DNA of 64,000 bases, filler included, from Hyphochytrium catenoides (taxonomy: Eukaryota > Protista > Hyphochytriomycota), in assembly GCA_900088475.1 (NCBI GenBank). It is 10 parts of 10 records of this genome, joined end to end, with 100 filler letters (N's around TTAATTAATTAA, not from the genome) between each part and the next. Parts side by side here need not be neighbours in the genome. Positions count along the whole stretch, not along the records: positions 8,152 to 17,551 come from FLMG01000644.1; positions 17,652 to 33,741 come from FLMG01001072.1; 8 more parts are not named here. One strand, 5' to 3'. A program made the position numbers and the translations under genes. Below are positions 12,686 to 27,600 of this stretch, piece by piece (positions within the stretch are counted from its first letter, which is position 1; each line of letters starts with the position of its first letter). The notes beneath the pieces are model-generated. The model saw only the letters and a program-made list of their open reading frames with translations, did not search any database and had not been told where the DNA came from.

Positions 12686-13238
12686 ATAGGCATAGGAGAA
12701 GGAAGTCAATAGGCAACACTGCAAACACAGAACAGGACCTCGTGGCGGCGAGGGATGCGATTTCCAACAGCGAGTTGGGCAATAAATATTACGTGGGAAA
12801 TTCTGGGCCGTGGCCTCCCCCATTTTATATCCCAAGCTCTGGGGGTAGAAGCCTTAGAATGAGTTAGCGACGGAGCCGACCGACTAGAGAGAAAATGCTA
12901 GGATGTTATGGGGTGCTTAGGATTTTCTAGGGCGCTTGAGGTCTCTATGGGGTTGAAAGACCGGGCCTAGAGCGGCATGTGATTGAGACGTAGACGTCTT
13001 TGGTGAGGTGCGATACTGTCTGTGGTGACCGCGATAGCCAGGCTGTTGAATATACCCGAAGGAATGGGAAAGAATAGAGATCATAAGTGTCAGTCCGCGA
13101 TCCAACGAAGTACAAATTAGAAAGAATCGAGAAAGTGAAAACGGTATTGACGAGCTAAAGGACAGCAAGCCAGTGTGTTACCGAAGGGGAAGATCATTGG
13201 CAATAGGTGATAGGAAGGTGCCCACAGAGAACAGCGGC

Positions 13239-15942
<2,704 letters not shown>

Positions 15943-16003
15943 CCTTCATCGCCCATGTGCGTTCCAGTTGACAAAGGGAACGGTGCAAGAGAAGAGAGAG
16001 AGA

Positions 16004-16054
<51 letters not shown>

Positions 16055-16399
16055 GACAGAAAGAGGGAGAGGCAAACGAGCAAGGATCAATGACAAAAGA
16101 AAGAAGAGGCTAATGAACGGGTGCAACTCGCAGTGGGCGGCGCTGACAGCAGAGAGTAGGCGAGAGATAGAGAACAGAAGTGAGAGAGAAAGTTGAATGC
16201 CAGACTGGGAAAAGTCTCCAATAAATCTTCAGCTATAAATCTTCAGCTGAGGCCTTCCTGATGATGGCTTCGGGTGAGGGAGAGAGATGAGGACCGCAAA
16301 GGACAGACAGAAAGACAGCAACAGGAGGGAGGGAGAGAGAGAGAGCGAGAGAGAGAGCGAGAGAGAGAGAGCGAGAGAGAGAGAGAGAGAGAGCGAGAG

Positions 16400-16464
<65 letters not shown>

Positions 16465-17045
16465 GGAGAGACAGCGGAAGAGAGACACAATAGTGGTGAC
16501 GGTGGGGGGAATACGATCAGAGATCAGAGGACATATATCCCCCTCTAAGGGGGGAAAGTGAATTAAATTGTGATGGTGCCCGGAGTATCCTTGGGGTACT
16601 GTTGGAGACAGAGATTCTTTCCTTCTACTTCCCCTTCATCACCGCCTCTTCTCTCTCTCCTCTGTCTCCCTCTCTCTCTCTCTCTCATTCTCATCCTCCT
16701 TCATCCTCCTCTTAATCCTCCTCGCTTCTTATGGACTCTACTCTCCCTCTTCTCTCTTTTCCTCTCTCTACCATCCTCAGTCACTTCTGACCCTTGACAC
16801 CGCTTCTGGCCTGCACGATCGCTCTGTCTGCTCCAGGGCGACCCAGCGGCTGACAAGCACTAACTTCAGTACAGGCAATGATGGCGCGAGTGGCGCTACA
16901 TCCTCACTCCCGCCATCCTGTGACGGTGGGCAAAGAGAAAGGAGAGAGTGTCTAGGCTGCTGCCATCTACCTTCTCTTTTTCTCCTCCTTTCCCCTTCTC
17001 TGTTTTGCTCTCCCTCCCGCCCTTGCTCTCCCCTCATCGTCCAGA

Positions 17046-17487
17046 ATGAGGTCCAGCCGCGGCCCCGTAGGCAGAGAGGCTGTCCTCCAGCGCGCTAGGG
17101 AGGAACGGCAGCAGAGAGAGCTCCAGAGGGTTCAGAAGACGGCAGCGGTTCGCATCCAAGCTTTCTACCGCGGCCGCAGTGACTGGAATCGTGCACGGGC
17201 GTCACTGCTGCTCACGCTACAACAGAGGCTGCACGACATAACGAGACTCAAGGCTCTGCTCCCTCCTGGGGCACTTGTTCTTCCCCTTCCTTCTCTCCTT
17301 CCTCTACTGCGAATCGCTGTGCGATGCAGCTCTAGACCAGAGGGACAAGGTCCGAGGGGGAGAACTGGGCGAGTGTTGTTGAGAGGCGAGGCAGGAGAGG
17401 CCAAGCATAGCTCCGATGAGCCTTTCTCTGCATACATCGCCCTATCATCTCTATGCCCGCTGACACTTGACAGCTTGAAGAGCGAAG
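17046..17487 (+). CDS. First exon of a UBE3B/UBE3C-like HECT E3 ligase (IQ motif); truncated by contig end
   Basis: REAVLQRAREERQQRELQR...AAVRIQAFYRGR resembles the UBE3B/C N-terminus; the HECT domain is not in the window. Confidence 0.65.
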
Positions 17488-17651
17488 GTAAGCGAAGCAA
17501 GCTGAGTAGCTAGATACCGTAGGGAAAGACCGGGAAACACCTGAGAAAGCGNNNNNNNNNNNNNNNNNNNNNNNNNNNNNNNNNNNNNNNNNNNNTTAAT
17601 TAATTAANNNNNNNNNNNNNNNNNNNNNNNNNNNNNNNNNNNNNNNNNNNN

Positions 17652-18173
17652 TGCGGAGCGCCGTATGCAGCAGGAGTTGGAGATGTCTCTTCAGGGTACA
17701 TCTGCAAAACAAGTCCCTCCAGGAGCACCTGGCGGTAGGTGTCCCTTTTGCTGGTGTTTAAAGGAGTCTCTCGTACCCTCCATTCAGCGATGATTATCAC
17801 ATTCCTGTTTCCCAATCTCTCAGGGTCAGGCCATCGTCCCAAGAGTGAGTCGCGGCGATCCAAGAGTGATAGGAGGCAGCTCACCCATATAGACAAGGCT
17901 TCTCAGGACAACCTCGTAGGGATTGATCCCGTGACCAACGGTATTTTTTCAAACCTTGCCTTTTCATCTCAACCACCCTCACTTTGCTAAGGCCCTTCTG
18001 TCTTCTCGATTGTCAATTATAATCTAGCTCGGAGTCCAACGCGTGATCAGACCTGGAGCGTCGGCAGTCGACCACATGAAGAAGAGGGGGCAGCAGGGGC
18101 CTACACGGAGAAGAGACCATCATTGGAGGCAGGAGTGAAGCGAGAAGGTGGAAAATGGGAGAGGAAGCAGTAA
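17652..18173 (+). CDS. 3' end of an unknown gene (three exons)
   Basis: Phase-compatible GT-AG exons AERRMQQELEMSLQ...APG|GSGHRPKSESRR...DPVTN|ARSPTRDQ...KWERKQ*. Confidence 0.5.
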
Positions 18174-18671
18174 AATGGGAGCTGCCTTTATGCAGCCCTA
18201 CTGTCAGGAACGCTTTCCCGGTCACAGGTGCCCCACTAACAACTGACAGCTATAGACAAAGGCATGGCACCTCCTGATACCAAGTATGTCCTAGCAATCA
18301 TCGCCCTTCCAGTAAGTGGAAATCGTGGGCACTAGAGCCCTGGCAGTGGTACTAAAGTTAAGCTCACCTGCCCTGTGGACCCGGTCACTAGCTTCTAATT
18401 CGGGACATGCCTACATGCCAGCAATCTGCAGAATGGACTGATCTACGCTAATTTGCAGACTGGAGAGCATTTTGTTTGTTGCGTCAAAGGAGAGCGGTCC
18501 ATGTCATAGCAAGAGGCTAAACCTTATGAGTAGCCATGGTTTTAAAATAGTTAAGGATGCTTCAAAAAGTGAGGCTGAAAATCGTATTAGAGGGCATCCA
18601 GCCTGCTTCTTAGGTCGCCTCTAAGGCTAACATAAATACGCTTAAAATCCCACCACAGACGGCCCCTTCCT

Positions 18672-21600
18672 TCATACCAGCAGGTCCGCAGGAACTTCGG
18701 GTGCGTCCAGCTCCATACAATCGAAAAAGCTTGGAATGGCAATGCGGACGCCTCCTGCTCTCCCTCTTTCAGATCCATGAAGTGTCCCTTTTGCACCCTG
18801 GCCACATACTCCTCCCACAATATCCCACTCCCCGATTCCTAAGGCCAGCGGAGGCTTGCGAGAGAGTCCACCCGGTCGTCTGCCCTTACCACTTTCAAGA
18901 AGAAGGGCATCTGAAGGCATTGGGTTAAAAAGGTACACGGAGCTTGCACTGGGAAAGAATAAACAATGTGACTATGATCCCTTCGAACTAAAACGGGTTA
19001 CCCCTCTTTCTACCTTACCTTCGACCACAGCGGACTGTAGGATAAATGAAGAGCCGCCTCCCCCACCTCCCGCAATTCCTAAAGGCAGTCTCTGAGTCAA
19101 AAACGATCAAAATTGCGGAGCGTGCAGTTACAAAGAGTTATCAGGCAGAAAGAGAGAGGACAGACGGAGGCAAGGGATCCCCACAAAAGACAGAGAGATA
19201 GGGAAGTAATGAGCCCATGACAATAGCTGCACCATTAGCCTTACCGGGAAATGTGCCACCGCCTCCACCTCCATAATATCCCCCACCTCCACCTCCGCCG
19301 AACTCCGAGCCATTTCCACCTAGAAGCATGTGGGAAAAGGTATGCTTAGATAAGGAAGATGACTATATACGGGCCAGTGAGTGAGAGAAAGAGAGACAGC
19401 GAGAGAAAGGAGAGAGAAGAAAGAGAGAAAGGAAAAGAAGAAAGATGGAAAGAATGAGGAAGGCAAAGAATGAAGTGAAGGCAAGACAAAGGTGGGCTGC
19501 TCCTACCCCACGAGGGACGAGAGCTATCTTAGGTGAGGGCAATCACGAGAGAGAGGGTCTTGCTGGGAGAACGTCGAGGGACCAATAGACGTAAAACCAG
19601 CGACATAAAGGCCAAGAAGTAGAGTGTGGTATGTGACAACGGTTCATCCTTATTGCTCACCTTGCAGCGCCGTCCCTGCGGTCCCGGGAAATCCTGCCAC
19701 ATGTTCCCCGCCGCAGATTCCTGCCTCGCCTCCTACCTCTTGGCTTCCAGTCTTTCCGTTAATGGGATCAGGTCTAGCGGGGACTTCAGCGCCTCCGAGA
19801 CCATTGCGAGAGCCTCCCCCACCTCCTCCAGCCGCGATAAGAACAGTCTTTGTAGGCAAATTGAACACAGCGCACAGAGAGGGATGAGAGGAGAGTGAGC
19901 TTTCCTAACCTGTCCACGCGTCTCATCCCTTCCACGTCTATCTTTCTTCTGCACGTATGGCTGTTTTCTTCTATTTTTTGCCCTTTTCCTGCTGTGAACA
20001 TATCCAGACACACTGCTGGAAGCTTGCCCCTCCGCTAGAGAATCTGATGGCAAGTATCTTCAGTCTAATAATGATTCATGCGTCTCTATCCGGCTCCGTT
20101 CTTGTTCTACAAGCGAGAGTTCCCTCCTCTTTCTTACCTCAGGCCCAAATGCGGTGTTTCTGGTTATAGAGGTGTAGCCTCCTCCTCCGCCGCAACCCCA
20201 TTCTTTGTTTCCTGCGTATCCTGATCCTCCTCCTGGCTCACCCCCAGGAGACATTCCACACTAGCCAGGTAAAAGATGTTAGGTGAGGATCCCTTAGCCA
20301 TTTGTGATGTGCACACCCTACATATCAGACGGCTCCATTTCATAGCAACAGTACCTGATCTACCATAAGCGCCTCCGCTAAATCTGGAGCCTGGACCATT
20401 GTCCCTGGAATGCCTTCGCTCCCTCCCTCACCAACGGTTAATATGAGTTCCTAAGGACACTCGAGGTCTTAGTCCTACCGTGTCCTCATCATCTAGCAAT
20501 TCGTTTTTCCTCCTTCAGAGATCTAGCTGCCCTCACTTACCTCCCCAGGTGTGACTGCTAGCACGGTCTCCACGAACGCTCCCCCACCCCCATGCCCACA
20601 CTTCTGCCCCCGTAGAAACCCTGAACCGCCTCCAGCTCCCCATGCCTGAACTTTGACCTGGAGCAAAGGGTATTCGAAAGTAATGAACGCAAACTTAAGT
20701 GAAGATCTAGTGAGGGATGAAGGACCGAGGGAACAAGTGAAGAATTATGCTATTGAGGCTTGAAGAGACCACCATTACTAAACAGGATGCGTTCAGTACC
20801 ATGCGGACGCCTTTGGCAACCCTGTACGAATGCTTCCCGGACACAGCATAGATGAGAACTCCGGAATCTGAGCCAATCACACAAGGAGAAGTGATGAAGA
20901 GACAAGGTCTAGGTTAGACTATCGCTTTACTGAATGGAACTTTCACAGCCTAGTATCAATGACCCTCGAACATGGTGGGGAGAGGTTGACTGTAAGAGAA
21001 GTATCAGGGAGGAAGGAGAACAATAAAAGGAAGGACGAAGACTTGTAAGTCAGTTACTGAGGGAAAGGATAATAAAACGAGGCGGACTGGTAGGATACCG
21101 GAGAGACGAAAGATAGAGAAGACGTTATGCCTTACCTTGTACGTGTTTCTGCCTATGTCTTCTTCTCTCCTTGGCCTGAAAGGTGGCAATGCACCCAGGC
21201 CAGGAACACTTCAGCACACGATTGGGACAATTTTCTGCCTCATGTTCCATTCTCTCTTGTTCTAGCTCAAGGATCCTATGAGCACCGCCTTTGAAGGTCT
21301 GCAGGAACATCGAAAACCTCAGAGCAGTTAGCCACTCTCAAGCTAAGATACCAAGCACAACGGCTTAACGGAAAGAAATGGAGAGAAGGCACGGTGCCTT
21401 CAATGGTAGGGAGAAAGCTTGGAAGAATAGGTAGAGTAGAAAACAGTGCACATAATAGTCTAACTGTATAAGGATAGATAGATCCCTTCTAGCTCTCACC
21501 TGCCCACATCCTAGCCTGCAGACTCTGTCTGGAACAGGTCTCTTCGTACAGGTTTGCTTCTTGTGATACTCCAAATCTTCTTCTGCCACATAGTCTCCAC

Positions 21601-24600
21601 AGTCTTGAGTACAGCGCACTAACCTGGTGAGTCGGTTCAAAAGAGTTCCACCGGGTCTTAGCCAGAAATCGATACAAGGAAAGGAGAGGGCCAACAAATG
21701 ACGGAGAAGAGGGTAGACATATGGAGAGCTCTGAAGTCTCTACCCCGGCCGAGAGGGTCTGGATGTACCTTCTTTTGCATTCTTCCTCCTCGTGGTAGAG
21801 GAGGTACACCTGAGGAGGGTTGTCTTCTCGGCTCCTATCATTGGGCCCAAAGTAGGGTGACAGCCACTCTTCCTCTCGGTAGGTGGTACGGCAGCCCAAT
21901 GGACAGGCAACAAGTCTGCATGTGAAGGGTTACAAAATAGGAGCAAGAAAATAGTTGGAGAGGCAATAGATGCGATGGACTAGCAAGTCAACCTCAAAAC
22001 TTGATGAGTTTGCGAACGCTGTGGTGACAGCCAAACCCAACGACCTTGAGGCAACTGAGTCACGCAGATAGGGGGCGGGTACAGTTCACCCAAAGAAATA
22101 AATGAATAAAGAGAAGTAGGCCGCAAACAAAATGTATATCTGAGGACGGGAGCGAGTGAAGGCAGCATAGGAAGAGAGAGAAAAAGAACGAGAGATCGTC
22201 CAACAGAGAGAAAATAGAGAGAAAAATTAGAGAGAAGCAGAGAAAGGACCAACACAGCTACTCGTATCAACCTTAGTGGGCAGCTCTGCTGGAGGTGCTC
22301 ATCCAGGTCATTGCCCTGCTTTATCCACAGACGACATCCCCAATCACAAAGGAAGAAACCCCGGGAGGCCCGGACTTCAGCATTCTCAAGAAGTCTGACC
22401 AGACGCCTTCTTTCGTTGGTGCGGGGGCTATGAATATGAAACCCGATCGTGACGGACAGCAGAAGCGGAAGGGAAGAAGAGGAACACGGGAAGGAGGTAT
22501 CAGGTGTGAAAGGTTGTCTGTTAGACCTTCTGGCTTCATAAATGATTTGCAGGGTCAGAGCAACGAACCTGCTGCCTTTATCTTCTATTGCAGAGATTTC
22601 CCTTTCTATATCCTCAGCCTAAGCGACCAGATCAGCATAAGACAAAGTCAACAGGTTGACGTAGAACAAATGATTAAGTATGAAGTCACCTGAAGTCTTT
22701 GCAAGTTAACGAGTTCAGCGCTGCTTTTATACGATTTAAGCCCTCCTCTTCTCTCTATCTGCACGAGAGAGAGAAGAGCGGTCCCAGTTTTAGCAGCTTC
22801 GGCGGCTGCTTCTTCCTCTATTAACTTTCTCTTCATCCTCATCGCATTCAGCTCAATGCTCTCCTCTCCTTCTTGTGCCTGTGAAGCTCTTGACGTCTAT
22901 CTTAGTTCATCTTCCTTTTGAGAGCGCCACGGAGGAGTACAAGAAGGACTTAAGGTCGCAAAATGGTACGGATGGGCTAAGAGTAGGATGGACGGAAGAG
23001 TACCTTCTCCTAGCTGCCACTGTTGCAGACAAAAGACGAAGCCGTGCTTGCTCCTCGGTCCTCTGTAGCTCCGCCTCCTTGCTTCGTTGCCGCATTCTCT
23101 CTTCCTTTGCTCGCTTAGCCCTGATGGCCTTGGTCCACTCCTCTTCTTCTCGCAGGTGTTGCACATCCGCCACGGTTTTTAGCTTCGATTTCATCTCATT
23201 GACCTTGACCTTCATAAGTGGGGTGTGGATACAGACATTAGTACCGAGTAGCAGAAGGTTGGCTTCCATTATGGGGTAAGACTGATACATTGAAGGCAAT
23301 GACAGAGCAATATGCGGATAAAAACGCTGGGAAGAGAAATTATGGCTAACTTCTAAGGGCTTGTCTTCCTCCAAGGCCTCCTCGGGTGGGTTGAAGCTGT
23401 GTCGGTGCTCTCCGGTCCTAAAGTTATAGTAAAAGAGCAACTCCGTCACCGGGTCTCGATAGAGCAGCCAGCCAGCACGGAACTTCGGCATAGACGTGCG
23501 GGAGGAAGGGGTAAAAGGTGACTGAGATAGGAAGGTTGGAGGGAAAAAAAGGAATACGCCGCCCATAGAAAATGGACGGCGCCGTAACAGCAAAGATAAC
23601 TTTTTGAGGCAGAATGTAGCTTGAGCACAAGGCACATCAGTCGGAAGCTTAGTCTAACAAGAGCTTGGATTTAGGTAGCTGAAACGAGCAAAGCCGAGAG
23701 CCAAACCCCAATCCGGAGAGATGGGCACGCAGAGAAAGATGAAGGTGGGAGAGACTTGACAAAGGTGGGGAGGAAGCGACTCTTACCTTGTCCTCTTGGT
23801 TCGATCTCCGCACGATGACGCTGAGCGCTTGCCTTTCTTCTTCAGCGGGTAGAAGTTCTGCGGGTTTATTCCACTGGCAGATCTCAGTCTGACGATTATA
23901 GTAGAATCTACTCTTGGAGAGGACAAAAACGTATTCCTCCCACTGACCAAGAAGGCAAAAGCGGTGGGAGTGCAAAGAGAGATGCGTTAACCCGTGAGAA
24001 TAGAGTTCCTGGTATTCTAGCTCATTCTCCTTCCTAGCAGGACCTATACACTCCATTACCTCCTTGAGTCTTCTCACAAAGGTTCCTAGACTGCCATAAG
24101 ACCTGAAGCTTGCCCACTGACTCTGGGATAACTTTTGGCTCTCTTCAAAGAGCTCTCGTATCAATTCATCCTGCAAACCATCAAGTTCCGTCTTTTCGAT
24201 TGGCTGCTCTTGAGGACTGTTCAATAGGTTTAATAGCCGGGACACAAAGGCCGCAACAAACGGGAAACCGGGCAAACAGGTCAGAGTTATAAATCGGCAA
24301 ACAGGCTGAAAGGAACAGCAAGAGGAATGGTTTTCGTGGGGTGAGAGGGACAAGGACGAGCGAAGCTACTCGGAGACAGTGAGACTTCAGATTTCAACAC
24401 CAGGCACGGTACGAGGGGTTGTCAATGCCTTCTTTGGAACATTCCATCTTTATCTACATACTTAGCTGCATCCACTTCAGGTCTGTTATTTGTCATTTCT
24501 GCTTTCCCATCCTCTTCTCTATTCCTTGTGCCTTCGGCTTTCTCAATCGCCGTTTTCTCTTCCGGGTGATGCCCCTCATTCTCTCTAACACTCTGCTTCT

Positions 24601-27600
24601 TCAGTACTGGCAGCGAAATTTTTGGTCGCAATTCAGTTGGCTTCTCCCATTGACTGACGCCCGTACGCTTGTTATAATAGAACTTGCGTCCTGTGCTGAG
24701 GTCCAGATACTGCTGCCAGCTCTCTGTACCACAAGACAAGCGGCAGGTTAGGGCAGTCGTGTGCAACCAAAAACAAGGAAAATGCTGGTGGTAGTAAGTA
24801 TCATGCATTAGTAGGCTTCTGATTGGAGATCTCGTGCAAGCAGAGGTCCCTAAAACGGTTGCCCTTAGTGATGCAAGGAATGAGCGGGCTAGAGAGAGTG
24901 AGGCACGATCTGAATCTTAAACCTACGGCTCTTCACCTGTGGAGTTGTTCAGCTTCGCTCTTCGCCGTAGTAGGGCCCATGCTCGCCGACTGAAGCCAAG
25001 AGACATGCGGACATGAAGGGAAGATGATAAAAAATCAAAGCCGGCTACTTATCATCCCCAACTCTCTTATCTACATGTGCATCTATAGACTTACACTTCA
25101 TCTAGAGTTTCCACCGCTTGGGGCCGAGGGTGCCAGACTATTTCATCAGTGAGTTTGTTCATGTAGAACCTGTTCCAGGTATCATCATCCACGTATTCCT
25201 AGGTAAAGGCAACAGAGCGTCACATCCTAGCTGTCTCTGAGGATCCAACGGTCACTGCGTCAAAATACCTCCCACTGCTCTAGCGTCCGATTAAGGTCTG
25301 CTCTTTTGATGATGTCGCGTAAGCCAGACTCAGAATATTCGGCCTTGGTAGTGATAGTTAGTAGTTAGCGGACAGATGTACGAACCTCGAGAGACAAGCG
25401 TAGATAAGCAAAAGCGAGAGGTATTCATTACTAATGGTCCTTAGAAAGAGGCCTGCTAAGAGGGGTAGGAGAACTTCTTTCTTACTCTCTTTGCGCGATC
25501 CATTGCCAAGTTCCATAACTCAATATCACGCTCCCGGCTCCGTCTAAGAGCATTTGCCCTGCACCACGGGAAGGGTGACGCAAGGGTAAGATCAACTGCC
25601 TGGCGGGACAAGAAGGATGCAAGTCGTGTTCCGGGAAGGGGGGGTATTGGGAGGCCGAGGGGTCAGTGCAAATGAACAACATACTCTGCAGCTTCTCTTC
25701 TGTCCGCTCGCCTTTCAGCTATCATCTCTTCGCGAAGCCCACTGCCACTGCGGAATAAGGAGCACAAAGCGCGGTGAGATAGACTCTTGCAAAGGAAAGA
25801 TTCGAAAGATAGGCCCAAAGATAAAGATACAGATGCGAGGCACTTTGGGTGCAATGAGAGATATCCGGTAGACAGGGCAATCGACTTTCCAGCGCTCAAC
25901 CGGATTTCGTAGAGAAAGGAAAAGTGTGAGGATGTGTTGCCTAGCTTACGTAGGAGTTCCTGGCCTATTTTGCGAGACGACGAGGTAGTCAAAGGGTGTC
26001 TTCTTCAGGTTGTCTAAGGGCACCGGATCCACGCCATGATCATCAAGTAGAGCGCGGATTGTGTCCTAAAGAGTAGCAGATGTCCTCAGATATGAGAGCC
26101 TAGTGAGATTTAGAACTGCAAGAATGCTGGACCACGATAGTAGAGGAAAAGCACGCATAAAGATTTATAAGTGTACTCCGTGCGGACAAAAACGATGATG
26201 TCGTCCCAAACCTCATGACTGCAGGTCAGATTCTCTTCACAGGCAACATGCAACGGAGTCTGGCCCCGTTTGTTTCTATAGTTGGGATAGGCCTCGAGGA
26301 ACGCTTTATGTAGGATTGTCTGGCAATTGACAAGGAGTCAGACAGACAGCTCGGATACAGGAAATAAGAGCTCCTTCCTTTGCTACCATCGTCTGTTCTT
26401 CTCTCCCTACCTGGAGAGACTCTACCGACTCTATAGTTTGGATGAAGATATTTTTGTCGGCCTGTGCCACCCAGAAGCCGCTCTTGGAATTTGTATCATA
26501 GCGCGATAACACATATTTAACCAAATCTTTTTGAGGACGAGGGACGAGACAGCGCTTATCTGGCAAGACATTCTGAAAGGCCAAGTGAATGTTAGAGGTT
26601 ATCAACACAGAGACACCAACTTGATACGAAGGATTGAATAGTGAAGAGTGATGCAATATCGGTCAGAGCGCCAACCGGTAGAGTGTAGAGAAGAAAAAAG
26701 AGATAGCAGCAGCTTGACAGATCATTAGAGTAGGGCATTGCTCGGTGGCTCCATTTCACAGAGTTTACTGTCACACCTGATACACAGTCTCGACTGCTTC
26801 CTGCACCCACTCCTTCCTGAAGTGCGGCTTGTCTATATCAGTTAAGTACTTTGCTTGTAACACTAGGAACATGCTGGCCGTGACATCCCGAAACGGCTTC
26901 TCTCCCACCGCCAGCTGGTTGGTCAAGACCTTGCGGATCTGATTCTTATGGGCATTCAAGATCTTCTCCACCAGCTGCCAAAAAGTGGTAAGTAAAGGAG
27001 TTGAGGGAAGTTAACAGCCTCTAGAAAAGGAGAACTGGAAATGTAGAGGGTGTCAAAGGCTTGAGGTTAGACTGTCTATAGTTGCGCCGTCATAGAGGAA
27101 AACTGTGGAAATATTTTCGAAAAAAGATCCGCTAAATATCAGAGAAACATACTCTAGGAAGCAGGAACGGCCCACTAAGTTAAGTCGTAATATAGAGAGG
27201 CCAAGGCAAGACAGCTGAGCAGCAAGACAAACCCTAAGAAATGGCACAACACTAGGGTTAGAACCTCCATACCTGCGCGTGACCTCTTTTGGCTGCGGTA
27301 TGCAGAAGCGTGTTACCAGCGGAGTCCTCTAAGTAGAGGTTGAGACCATGCTTGATAAGTACGATGATGGTCTGGAGGACGTGTGTGAGGCAGTCTATCT
27401 CCCTTCTCGTCAAGGCTGCAGTTCGTAGCACTCACATTAAAATGTCCGTGATACGCAGCAATGTGCCCTGCGGTTCGACCCAGAGTGTTCTGACGATTTA
27501 CAGCGGCTCCCTAAGGGTTGACAATCAGTGACCGCCCACACTGTCGACCTTACGTCTAGTTCCTATTGCTTTCCTCTATTCCTCATTCTAAACGCGCTCC

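Noticed and set aside
16255-16280. CTGATGA as a hammerhead core or C-box
   Set aside because: No matching GAAA core, stems or D-box arrangement could be built.
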